A DNA stretch of 46,493 bases from Crocinitomicaceae bacterium (GTDB lineage Bacteria; Bacteroidota; Bacteroidia; Flavobacteriales_D; Crocinitomicaceae): the NCBI GenBank assembly GCA_024643585.1, contig JAHEMP010000001.1, positions 1 to 46,493 on the forward strand, written 5' to 3'. How positions within the stretch are numbered: position 1 is the stretch's first letter; every line of letters begins with the position of its first letter. The notes under the pieces were generated by a model that searched no databases, was not told the origin of the DNA, and saw only the letters and a list, made by a program, of their open reading frames with translations. Below are positions 20,253-27,938 of this stretch, in pieces. A program made the translations under genes and the position numbers.

Positions 20253-20311
20253 TTTTTTCAATTTTGACATAAAATAGTTAAGTTAGCATCTATTAATTTT
20301 AAACTATAACT

Positions 20312-20683
20312 ATGATTAAAGAATTCAAAGCATTCATCATGCGAGGGAATGTTGTCGATTTAGCAGTTGCTGTAGTAATTGGTGCCGCTTTCAGTGCAAT
20401 TATTGGCTCATTGGTCGCCGATGTAATTACCCCTCTTATCTTAAAACCAGCTCTTCAAGCGGCTCAAGTGGACAAATTAGAAAACCTTTCTTGGAACGGC
20501 GTATTGTATGGAAAATTCATTGGAACAGTCATTAATTTTCTCGTTGTCGCCTTCTGTATCTTCATGATAATAAAAGGAATGAACAAATTTAAAAAGCCTG
20601 AGGCGGACGAAGCCCCTGCAGCTCCATCTGGACCAAGCCAAGAAGAACTCTTAGCTGAAATAAGAGATTTGTTGAAAAAATAA
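20312..20683 (+). CDS. mscL: Large-conductance mechanosensitive channel
   Basis: MIKEFKAFIMRGNVVDLAVAVVIGAAF N-terminus and two TM helices. Length is 123 aa. Confidence 0.92.
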   Translation: MIKEFKAFIMRGNVVDLAVAVVIGAAFSAIIGSLVADVITPLILKPALQAAQVDKLENLSWNGVLYGKFIGTVINFLVVAFCIFMIIKGMNKFKKPEADEAPAAPSGPSQEELLAEIRDLLKK

Positions 20684-20702
20684 TAAACTCAATTCTTATT
20701 AT

Positions 20703-20732
20703 AAAAAGAGTCTCTTGGGACTCTTTTTTTTA
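20703..20732 (+). terminator. Rho-independent terminator of mscL
   Basis: aaagagtc-tcttgg-gactcttt hairpin followed by a T-run. Confidence 0.7.
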
Positions 20733-20833
20733 TTTGTACTTGTTCAAATCAAAAAAAAACGTAATTTCGTCAGCTATAGCACTCTGTGCTTGATTTTATT
20801 TACAATGAAAAACAATACGTCAACGATTAAATT

Positions 20834-21499
20834 ATGACCAGCATTTTTGTTGCCAAATTAGATTTTGGTGTCGACAATCAACAACTTTCCTCACTTTTTG
20901 AAACATACGGAAAAGTTAATAAGGCTACTGTTGCCTTGGACAGGGAAACAGGAAAATCGAGAGGGTTTGGATTTGTGGAAATGCCTGATGATGGCGAAGC
21001 ACAAGATGCTATTAAAAATCTAGATGGATATCAGATTAACGGTCGTCCAATTGCCGTTAAACAAGCTGAAGATCGCTCAAATAGTCGACCTCCAAGACCA
21101 ACTGGCGATGCTCCAAGACGAGATACGAGACCCTCCGAAAACACCTCGTCAAGTCCAAGAGAATTTACTCGTCCGAGCAGCGATGACGCTCCAGCACCAT
21201 TTATTCCTGAAATCAGCAAAGAAGTTCGCAAAAAAACACCAAAAACCCCTGCAATACGGGAAAACGAAGGCCCAAAAGTAAAGAAAATGGAAGCCTACCG
21301 TAAAAGTGGAAAGGACAATCTTTATCTTGACGATGACGATGACTTTGATGAAGAAATAGATTTGTTTGGAAGAAACGAGGACGAAGAATTGGATGAAGAT
21401 TACAGCAAATACCTTGTAAATGCTTCAGACGATGAGGAAGATGATGATGAATATGAAGATTATGATGATGACGACGAAGATTATGACGATGAAGATTAA
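20834..21499 (+). CDS. RRM-type RNA-binding protein with a long disordered basic and acidic C-terminal extension
   Basis: RNP-2 IFVAKL and RNP-1 RGFGFVEM lie in the first ~80 aa. The remaining ~140 aa are R/P/S-rich and then D/E/Y-rich (DDEEDDDEYEDYDDDDEDYDDED). Confidence 0.85.
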   Translation: MTSIFVAKLDFGVDNQQLSSLFETYGKVNKATVALDRETGKSRGFGFVEMPDDGEAQDAIKNLDGYQINGRPIAVKQAEDRSNSRPPRPTGDAPRRDTRPSENTSSSPREFTRPSSDDAPAPFIPEISKEVRKKTPKTPAIRENEGPKVKKMEAYRKSGKDNLYLDDDDDFDEEIDLFGRNEDEELDEDYSKYLVNASDDEEDDDEYEDYDDDDEDYDDED

Positions 21500-21528
21500 T
21501 CGAATCTAAACGAAAAAGAAATATACAA

Positions 21529-21556
21529 AAGGACGAGTTTTTATTCGTCCTTTTTT
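21529..21556 (+). terminator. Rho-independent terminator of the RRM gene
   Basis: ggacgag-tttttat-tcgtcc hairpin followed by T6. Confidence 0.7.
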
Positions 21557-21571
21557 AATGCCATAAAATCA

Positions 21572-21604
21572 ACAAAAAAAGCATCGGACCTTTCGGGCCA
21601 ATGC
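21572..21604 (-). terminator. Terminator of ssrA (tmRNA)
   Basis: Minus strand reads gcattggcccgaaaggtccgatgc (imperfect 10-bp stem) followed by T7, 11 nt after the tmRNA 3' end. Confidence 0.55.
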
Positions 21605-21615
21605 TTCTGTCAGAG

Positions 21616-22014
21616 TGGAGTCGGAGGGTTTCGAACCCTCGTCCAAACAATGTGCATTCTAGCTTTCTACATGCTTATTTCTTGATTAATTTTCGATTGT
21701 AAAAACGGACAAGAACACCCAATTATACAACTTAGATTCTGAGTTTCGGACTGACTTAGAATCATCGCTAGTCCTAGATCAAAAGTTTGAACTCTCATAT
21801 ACAAAAGTTAATGACCGGAACCTTTGCGAGAGTACTTGTCTTAGTTACTGAACTTCACTGAGATTAAGCAAATTAACATTCCGTTAATTAAGCTGCAAGT
21901 GCGTATGACGTGTTGTCAATTATAGTTTGAAGCAAGATATTTAAGAGCTTCACTTCAACGCTCTGCATGCTGACACTAAACTACCTCGATCGCTGTCAAA
22001 TCCAATACGACCCC
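21616..22014 (-). ncRNA. ssrA: Transfer-messenger RNA (tmRNA)
   Basis: The minus strand starts GGGGTCGTATTGGATTTGACAGCGATCGAGG and ends GGACGAGGGTTCGAAACCCTCCGACTCCA. The acceptor stem carries the G3:U alanine identity pair, and the T-arm is GAGGG-TTCGAAA-CCCTC. The internal tag frame is GAC AAC ACG TCA TAC GCA CTT GCA GCT TAA (DNTSYALAA-stop) at 21888-21917. Confidence 0.92.
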
Positions 22015-22103
22015 AATAATTTGGTAATGTAAAATTACGAAATATTGAATCACGAATTACGCTTTGCGGCGTTAATAATTCGTAATTCTTTAATCGAAAT
22101 TGA

Positions 22104-23765
22104 TTACTCTTTTACAATTTTTGCTAAGAAGTGATGACCTTCTTTGTCTGCATTAATAAAATACAACCCAGGAGCTAAATTCATTAAATTGACTTTGTAA
22201 CCATTAGGTATTGACTCAATTGTTGCAGTTACAACTTGTCCGCGCAAATTAGTCAAGTAAATGTTTTCCATTTTTTCTATTTGCACACTTACAAAGTCCA
22301 TCGTCGGATTCGGCGAAACAATCACTCCTTTAAAAAATTCATTGGATTCAATGCCGACTGAAGCAATTGTTGTGCAAGCAGAAGTGTCCGTACAACCATT
22401 CACGTTGTTTGTGATTTTTGCAGCGTAAATTCCATTGTTTAGAGGCACAAAAGATTGTAAAGTTGCCCCTGCAATAGGGGAAAATCCAGTTCCGCAATCT
22501 AACCATTGGTATGTTCCTCCTGAAAAATTAGCGGTCATTGTTGGATCCACGACTGTCAAACTAACGTCGACTGAATTTACTGTTAAATTTAAAGTCACAA
22601 TTGAATCACAACCATTGGCAGCGCCACCGGCAATTGCAAAAGTCACTCCATTTGTATCCGAATAATACGATTGTCCATTAATCCAAGTGTATCCAGCGCA
22701 CTCTGTTCTTGTATCGGTTCCAGTTGTCGCACTATTAACGACTAAGTGTAACTTTGCTATTGAATCACACCCATTAGCCGCTGCACCTACGAGCGTAAAA
22801 GTAGGGTTTACGGTACTAATTGTATAAGTTAATCCATTTATCCATGTGTATGGACCGCATGAGCTTTGGTTATCAATACCTTGCGGAACAGGTAAAATTG
22901 TTAAATTCAATACAACTAAGGAATCGCAACCCGTTGATGCAGCTCCAGGTAATACATGCGTGGCAGTGTTATTGCTTGCTGTATACGTGTTACCATCTAA
23001 CCACGTGTAACCAGGACATTCAGACCTCGTATCAGTCCCTGTTGGGTATGGAATGATTGTTAAATCCAATGTAACAATCGAATCACAACCGTTGGCAGCA
23101 CCTCCAGATATTGAATAAGTTGCAGAATTGTTATCAGCCGTATAAGTTATTCCATCCAACCAAACATAACCAGCACATTCTGTTCTTGTATCTGTACCAT
23201 AGCTTAAGGCACATGTTGAAAAGTGGAAATCAGGCGTTCCATAGTGAAAATTGGCCACCACCCCAGTCGAATTGTTATTTGGTGTGCAACTGTTGCAAAA
23301 AACTGCAGTTGTGTAGGTTAAATTAGAATTAACTTGTGAACTTGATCCATAATAATATTGAGCACCTGCAGTTGCATCACAGTACAACATCAAGGAATAA
23401 CTAATTCCTGCCAAAAGGGTAACAGGTGATGATATCGGCTCATACGTATAAATAGCAGCAGTATTGCTTGTACTAGCCTGCTGGTGAACAATTGTGTTCG
23501 TATTGTTATTCCAAATTGTCCAAGTATAGTTTCCTACGGCTAGTGGTATTCTTTTTCCCAATTCAGTCAGGTTTAAATTTACATTGGGTGTAAATTTGAA
23601 ACCTCTACCTGCATTCGAATAACTATTTGTGCTGGTCACAATAACCTGATTCGTCGCCGAATATATTTGGCCATATGATTGATTTGAAACCTGAATGACA
23701 AAAAATAAAACTACCATTTTAATAAACGCAACAAAGGTCTTTTTTGAGGATATAATACTTTTCAT
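22104..23765 (-). CDS. Secreted T9SS type A cargo: N-terminal beta domain, four Cys-containing ~52-aa repeats, C-terminal sorting domain
   Basis: Signal peptide. The repeat TDTRTECxGYTW(L/I)xGxTY...GAANGCDSIVTLxLT occurs four times. The C-terminus VSPNPTMDFVSVQI...LAPGLYFINADKEGHHFLAKIVKE matches the Por secretion tail. Confidence 0.8.
   Translation of the reverse strand: MKSIISSKKTFVAFIKMVVLFFVIQVSNQSYGQIYSATNQVIVTSTNSYSNAGRGFKFTPNVNLNLTELGKRIPLAVGNYTWTIWNNNTNTIVHQQASTSNTAAIYTYEPISSPVTLLAGISYSLMLYCDATAGAQYYYGSSSQVNSNLTYTTAVFCNSCTPNNNSTGVVANFHYGTPDFHFSTCALSYGTDTRTECAGYVWLDGITYTADNNSATYSISGGAANGCDSIVTLDLTIIPYPTGTDTRSECPGYTWLDGNTYTASNNTATHVLPGAASTGCDSLVVLNLTILPVPQGIDNQSSCGPYTWINGLTYTISTVNPTFTLVGAAANGCDSIAKLHLVVNSATTGTDTRTECAGYTWINGQSYYSDTNGVTFAIAGGAANGCDSIVTLNLTVNSVDVSLTVVDPTMTANFSGGTYQWLDCGTGFSPIAGATLQSFVPLNNGIYAAKITNNVNGCTDTSACTTIASVGIESNEFFKGVIVSPNPTMDFVSVQIEKMENIYLTNLRGQVVTATIESIPNGYKVNLMNLAPGLYFINADKEGHHFLAKIVKE
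22575..23204 (-). repeat. Four in-frame tandem ~156-bp coding repeats within the T9SS cargo gene
   Basis: Protein residues ~188-397 form four units of 51-53 aa with conserved Cys pairs. Units 1 and 4 are the most similar. Confidence 0.75.
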
Positions 23766-23879
23766 ATTTAGGTAGTTTTAGTTAATATTAAAATGAAAAA
23801 TACAAAAATTTTAACATTAACAACCAAAATATCCACATTGAGTTGTTTTTAGAAAAGAAGAAGGAATACTTTGAAAAAT

Positions 23880-25130
23880 CTATTCCTTGAAAATTTTACC
23901 CCAATATTGACTTTTGCCTTGAATTACATTCACCAAATAAATTCCATTGGATAGACTTGAAAGATCCACCCTAAACCCATTTTCAACAACTTGAATTGGC
24001 ACCAATACAATTTCTCCTTGCAAATTTTTCAGAGAAATTTGGTCTGCATTTTCAAGTTTAACATTTGCAAAATCTGAAACAGGGTTTGGACTAATATTTA
24101 ATTTCAATTCTTTTTCAAATTCTGTAATTTCTGCAGGTCTAATCAAATCAATTAACGTAGAAATTGTATCCGAAAATCCACAGCATTCAGCAAATAATGT
24201 AACTGTATAAGTACCAAATGCTTGATAAGTATGAAATGGATTTTCAAGTGTTGAAGTATCTCCATCACCAAAATCCCATAAATAGTTACAAGCATTTGTC
24301 GACTGGTTTAAAAAGCTTCCGGTCAAAAAAGATTGAGTTAATGAAAAACTGGCCACTGGATCATACTCTCCTATGTGCCAAGTTAACAAACTATCAAAAA
24401 CAACTGCTTTTGTTGCATTGCGAATAAAAATAGCATCAGAAGTTGACAAACCATAGTCGTTAGCTATCAAAGTAGGGTCTTTTCGGAAAATTGTAGAATA
24501 AAACGCACACGCTGCGGCATAACTACCTGCTAAGTTGGGGTGACTGCCATCGGAGGCATACAACTGAAGACTTGGATTGGTTTGACGGATGAAATGCCAT
24601 AAGGCGCCGACCGGTGATAAAACAGCATGATTATCGACTGCCATTTGCTCGTAGCGTAATCGAAGTAAACTATCCATACCGTTGTACGTGCAAACAGGTG
24701 GCCAATTTGGACAATTGGAAGCATCACCATTTTCTCTTCCCCAAGTCATATAAAACATGGTCTCTGCACAAGAGTTGTATTCCCGAATTATACTGTCTAA
24801 AATTGCTGCGTAAGGAAAACAATCTGTTTGGACTTGACCAATAGGAAAGGATGGTAGTTGACTTTGCTCTTGTAGAACCACATAATCCCAGTTCCCCGCT
24901 TGTATTTTTTGAATGGATTGCGCATTAGTCGAATGTCCATTCAATGTGAATCCTCCTGGGGTATTACTGTCAAACAATAAATTATCTCCTGCCGAGGCAG
25001 CAAGATCGGAAACCATTTGCGGTAAATTATTGTAGGCGGTGTAACTATTCCCAAGGAAAAGTACTTTTTTTTGCCCTTGAGAAGGGCAGACAAATGAGGT
25101 AAGGAATAATATAAATACGGTAATTTTCAT
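23880..25130 (-). CDS. Secreted SGNH/GDSL-type hydrolase with a PKD domain and a T9SS type A C-terminal domain
   Basis: Block I VLFLGNSYT and block V DGSHPN. PKD domain YLWDFGDGDTSTLENPFHTYQAFGTYTVTL. Sorting tail ISPNPVSDFANVKLE...LSNGIYLVNVIQGKSQYWGKIFKE. Confidence 0.75.
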   Translation of the reverse strand: MKITVFILFLTSFVCPSQGQKKVLFLGNSYTAYNNLPQMVSDLAASAGDNLLFDSNTPGGFTLNGHSTNAQSIQKIQAGNWDYVVLQEQSQLPSFPIGQVQTDCFPYAAILDSIIREYNSCAETMFYMTWGRENGDASNCPNWPPVCTYNGMDSLLRLRYEQMAVDNHAVLSPVGALWHFIRQTNPSLQLYASDGSHPNLAGSYAAACAFYSTIFRKDPTLIANDYGLSTSDAIFIRNATKAVVFDSLLTWHIGEYDPVASFSLTQSFLTGSFLNQSTNACNYLWDFGDGDTSTLENPFHTYQAFGTYTVTLFAECCGFSDTISTLIDLIRPAEITEFEKELKLNISPNPVSDFANVKLENADQISLKNLQGEIVLVPIQVVENGFRVDLSSLSNGIYLVNVIQGKSQYWGKIFKE

Positions 25131-25149
25131 GCAGGTGAGTCTTTAAATG

Positions 25150-25650
25150 TCAATCCAAAGTTTTTTGATTCCATTCTTTCCAACTTACAATAGCCATAAT
25201 GACTACGATTGACACTGCCCAAATGTAGTATATAAATGGCAACTCGTTCAATCCCTCGAAATGGCTAAAAAATCCCCAAATGAATAACAAGAAGGTTTTA
25301 CTCAGTACTGTGAGCCACATGATCAAATGCAAGATGGTTTCATAAAAAGAACACCTTTTACTGTGCCAGCTCATTTCATCAATGAATTCATGAGCTGTAC
25401 GAGTTATAAACGCGGCAATAAAAATTGGTAAAATTTCCCAACGAAACCAAAACATGAGTAGCAAAGAAACTTCCATTAATCCGGAGGTAACAATCAGAAT
25501 TCTATGCGTTTGTAATTCCCTTCGGGTTATTTCTGATTCAGCCAAATTAGCATGAGTAATAGCGTCCAAAAACCAAGTTATGGTGAACAAGGTTGCCGAA
25601 ATTAATATTGCTGAAGAGAAATAAAATGAATTGAGTTCAGGAAATTCCAT
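25150..25650 (-). CDS. Hypothetical 166-aa polytopic membrane protein rich in His and acidic residues; last gene of the lipid operon
   Basis: 4-5 hydrophobic helices, with ITHANLAESE, RTAHEFIDEMSWHSKR, ILHLIMW and FFSHFEG. A 1-nt gap separates it from the upstream UbiA-like gene. Confidence 0.5.
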   Translation of the reverse strand: MEFPELNSFYFSSAILISATLFTITWFLDAITHANLAESEITRRELQTHRILIVTSGLMEVSLLLMFWFRWEILPIFIAAFITRTAHEFIDEMSWHSKRCSFYETILHLIMWLTVLSKTFLLFIWGFFSHFEGLNELPFIYYIWAVSIVVIMAIVSWKEWNQKTLD

Positions 25651-25651
25651 A

Positions 25652-26464
25652 TTATTTATAGATTAAAACAAGAATGAGTACTAAAAAGTTAAACCCGATA
25701 TTCAATGTCTGAGTCCAAAGTGCTTTGCTAGAATTTAGCTTTGCACCAATAAAAATAAAAGACTTGTACAAAGTCAAGATGAAAATTATGGTTAAAAAAT
25801 TATTTATTGGCAAAAAATACCAAAACAAAGCAAACGTCAGGACATTTAGCAGATGCAGAACCTGATAGCTTTTTTTTTCTCCTAAATACATGGGCAATGT
25901 CAGTAACTTGTGTTGTGAATCTTGTTTTAAATCGAAATGATCCCTTAAAATACTTCCAAGGAATATATGGGAAGAAACAAATAAAAACAAAAACCAAGAC
26001 TCGTTTGATAATTCTACTTTCCCAGTTCCTACTAGGACTAAAGCTCCCCAGCTAATACCAATACTCAAGTTTTTTATCAGTAATATCCTTTTCAAAACAA
26101 ATACAGTTTTCCCCATTTTTATTGGTAGAGAATAGAAATAACCAAATAATAAAACTAGTGTTAAGGTCCAAAATGTTGATCTCGGCAAATAGACCCAAGA
26201 GAGAATAGGAAGAATAAAAAGAAGCTGAAAAACAAACAAAAAAGGAAGAATATGTTTCCTTCTATTTGCACAAAAATCAATGAAATCTTGAAAATTTAAA
26301 AAAATACCACCAATTCCATATATTGCATATGTGCCACTCCAGCCACACCAAATTACCAAAAACAGTTGCTCTGAATTTAAATTATGTCCAAACGAATATC
26401 CAGATATGATTAAAGCCGTTGAAGCCAGTAGAAACAAAATTAATACGTGCGTCTGCAATTTCAT
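25652..26464 (-). CDS. UbiA-family prenyltransferase-like membrane protein
   Basis: 8-9 TM helices. LKRILLIKNLSIGISWG and the second Asp-rich motif RDHFDLKQDSQHKLLTLPMYLG (DxxDxxxD...TLP) are present. The first motif is degenerate (LNFQDFIDFCANRR). Confidence 0.55.
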   Translation of the reverse strand: MKLQTHVLILFLLASTALIISGYSFGHNLNSEQLFLVIWCGWSGTYAIYGIGGIFLNFQDFIDFCANRRKHILPFLFVFQLLFILPILSWVYLPRSTFWTLTLVLLFGYFYSLPIKMGKTVFVLKRILLIKNLSIGISWGALVLVGTGKVELSNESWFLFLFVSSHIFLGSILRDHFDLKQDSQHKLLTLPMYLGEKKSYQVLHLLNVLTFALFWYFLPINNFLTIIFILTLYKSFIFIGAKLNSSKALWTQTLNIGFNFLVLILVLIYK

Positions 26465-26473
26465 TCTTTGTTG

Positions 26474-27289
26474 TTACTTTGACAAATAATCCTCAAATGG
26501 TTCTTTTTCGCAATGCGAACGTAGTGATCCTTCTGAAAATTTTCCGTTTTTAACAAATTGAAAAACAGAAGGTGCAATTATTTCAAGTTTTGTGTACATA
26601 TCGTCGTGACTGACATACAAAAATTCAAAATCGTCAGGATTTTGATTTAATGATTCCATTTTCCAAGAAATTGGATCATAATTAACCAAAGATTTCTTTT
26701 TTTTATTCATCAACTTAGTTGCTTTGCATTCAATCAGTATTCCGATATTCAATTCATCATTTTCAATGGACTTGTAGGGTGTATTTGCTAATTCAAATAT
26801 TAATTTACCAAATAATATTTTGCTAAAAAATTTGTTCTCATCTACTAAAATTCTTGGAGCCATTTCCTGCATTGGACTTCTATCATATATAATCGAAACG
26901 ATATTTTGAGGTTTATTTCCGCTTAGAAGTATTTCGTTAATAGTCCATGAACCAATAATATAGCTAAAAACATGAACATGTTTATACTTCTTTAATTCAT
27001 GCTTGTCATAGAATTCGAGCACATTTTTAGAGCAATCACTTACTGATTTTCGACTTATATAATCAGGAATAAATATGTCGTATCCTTTATCTCGAAAATT
27101 CTCTTTTTGACTTTTGGTGTTATGATTAAAGGTCCCTAAGCCAGGCAAAATCAATATTGCCTCTCTTTCAGAAATTGGTTTTGGGTTACTTTTCTCGATT
27201 AGCACAATGTCACGTGCATTTGCTAAAGAGGCAATGAACATAAAAATCACTAAAACTATTTTACTTGAGTTGTTCATCTTCCAGTTCAT
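26474..27289 (-). CDS. Signal-anchored hypothetical protein, possibly a divergent alpha/beta-hydrolase fold
   Basis: N-terminal hydrophobic anchor. ILILPGLG strand-turn, a possible nucleophile elbow HVFSYIIGSW and a late SHDD. No confident family call. Confidence 0.4.
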   Translation of the reverse strand: MNWKMNNSSKIVLVIFMFIASLANARDIVLIEKSNPKPISEREAILILPGLGTFNHNTKSQKENFRDKGYDIFIPDYISRKSVSDCSKNVLEFYDKHELKKYKHVHVFSYIIGSWTINEILLSGNKPQNIVSIIYDRSPMQEMAPRILVDENKFFSKILFGKLIFELANTPYKSIENDELNIGILIECKATKLMNKKKKSLVNYDPISWKMESLNQNPDDFEFLYVSHDDMYTKLEIIAPSVFQFVKNGKFSEGSLRSHCEKEPFEDYLSK

Positions 27290-27938
27290 TGTTTCTTTGC
27301 TTTTCGTGAAAAATTTCCTTCAACTTTAGTATCTGGTTTTCAATTTCCATTGCTATTTCTTCTACTTCCATTGATTTGGCATATGTAGGTTGTCCAAAGT
27401 AAATATCGCTTTCATAAGGTACGAATAAAAATCTTCCTTTTGGCATAACCGTACCAAGGCCGTTCGTATATACTGGAACATAACAAACATTCGGATTTTG
27501 TTTTAGCAATACTCCAATTCCTTTCTTAAAGCGTTGCATTTTTTCAGGCTCACCTCTTGACCCCTCTGGAAAGAGTATCAATGAATTACCTTTTGCTAAT
27601 TTCCTTGAAAGTCTTTCAATAGTATCGCCAAATTCGCCCTTTTCCTCCTTGCTTCTAGCAATCAAAATACCATTTATAAAAAGTTTTGTCAAGAATGCTT
27701 TGAAGCGACTATTACCAAAATAATCACCGGCTGCAACAGGATGAGTTTTATGTAATTTCCGAAATGGAACGGCCACCATTAATGCCATAGTGTCGATGTG
27801 CGAATTATGGTTAGAGACTAAAATAAACTGCTTTTGATTTTTTAATACCTTCTTGTTGTAATATTTAACCCCGATAATAACCTGAAGAAAGAATTTCATT
27901 CCAACTTTATAAACTAGAGTTAAAAAGACCGTTCGCAT
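27261..27938 (-). CDS. Lysophospholipid / 1-acyl-sn-glycerol-3-phosphate acyltransferase family protein
   Basis: HX4D motif (NHNSHID) and FPEGSRG. Length is 225 aa. The start overlaps the cdsA-like stop (TAATG). Confidence 0.8.
   Translation of the reverse strand: MRTVFLTLVYKVGMKFFLQVIIGVKYYNKKVLKNQKQFILVSNHNSHIDTMALMVAVPFRKLHKTHPVAAGDYFGNSRFKAFLTKLFINGILIARSKEEKGEFGDTIERLSRKLAKGNSLILFPEGSRGEPEKMQRFKKGIGVLLKQNPNVCYVPVYTNGLGTVMPKGRFLFVPYESDIYFGQPTYAKSMEVEEIAMEIENQILKLKEIFHEKQRNNELEDEQLK

Noticed and set aside
21024-21281. Alternative-frame and antisense ORFs (85 and 66 aa) inside the RRM gene tail
   Set aside because: These arise from the low-complexity repeat-like coding sequence of the disordered tail. 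Nothing supports them as independent genes.
21500-22103. Possible genomic island or prophage integrated at the tmRNA gene
   Set aside because: No integrase is present and no duplicated copy of the tmRNA 3' end (GGTTCGAAACCCTCCGACTCC) occurs anywhere in the window. The flanking genes are ordinary chromosomal genes.
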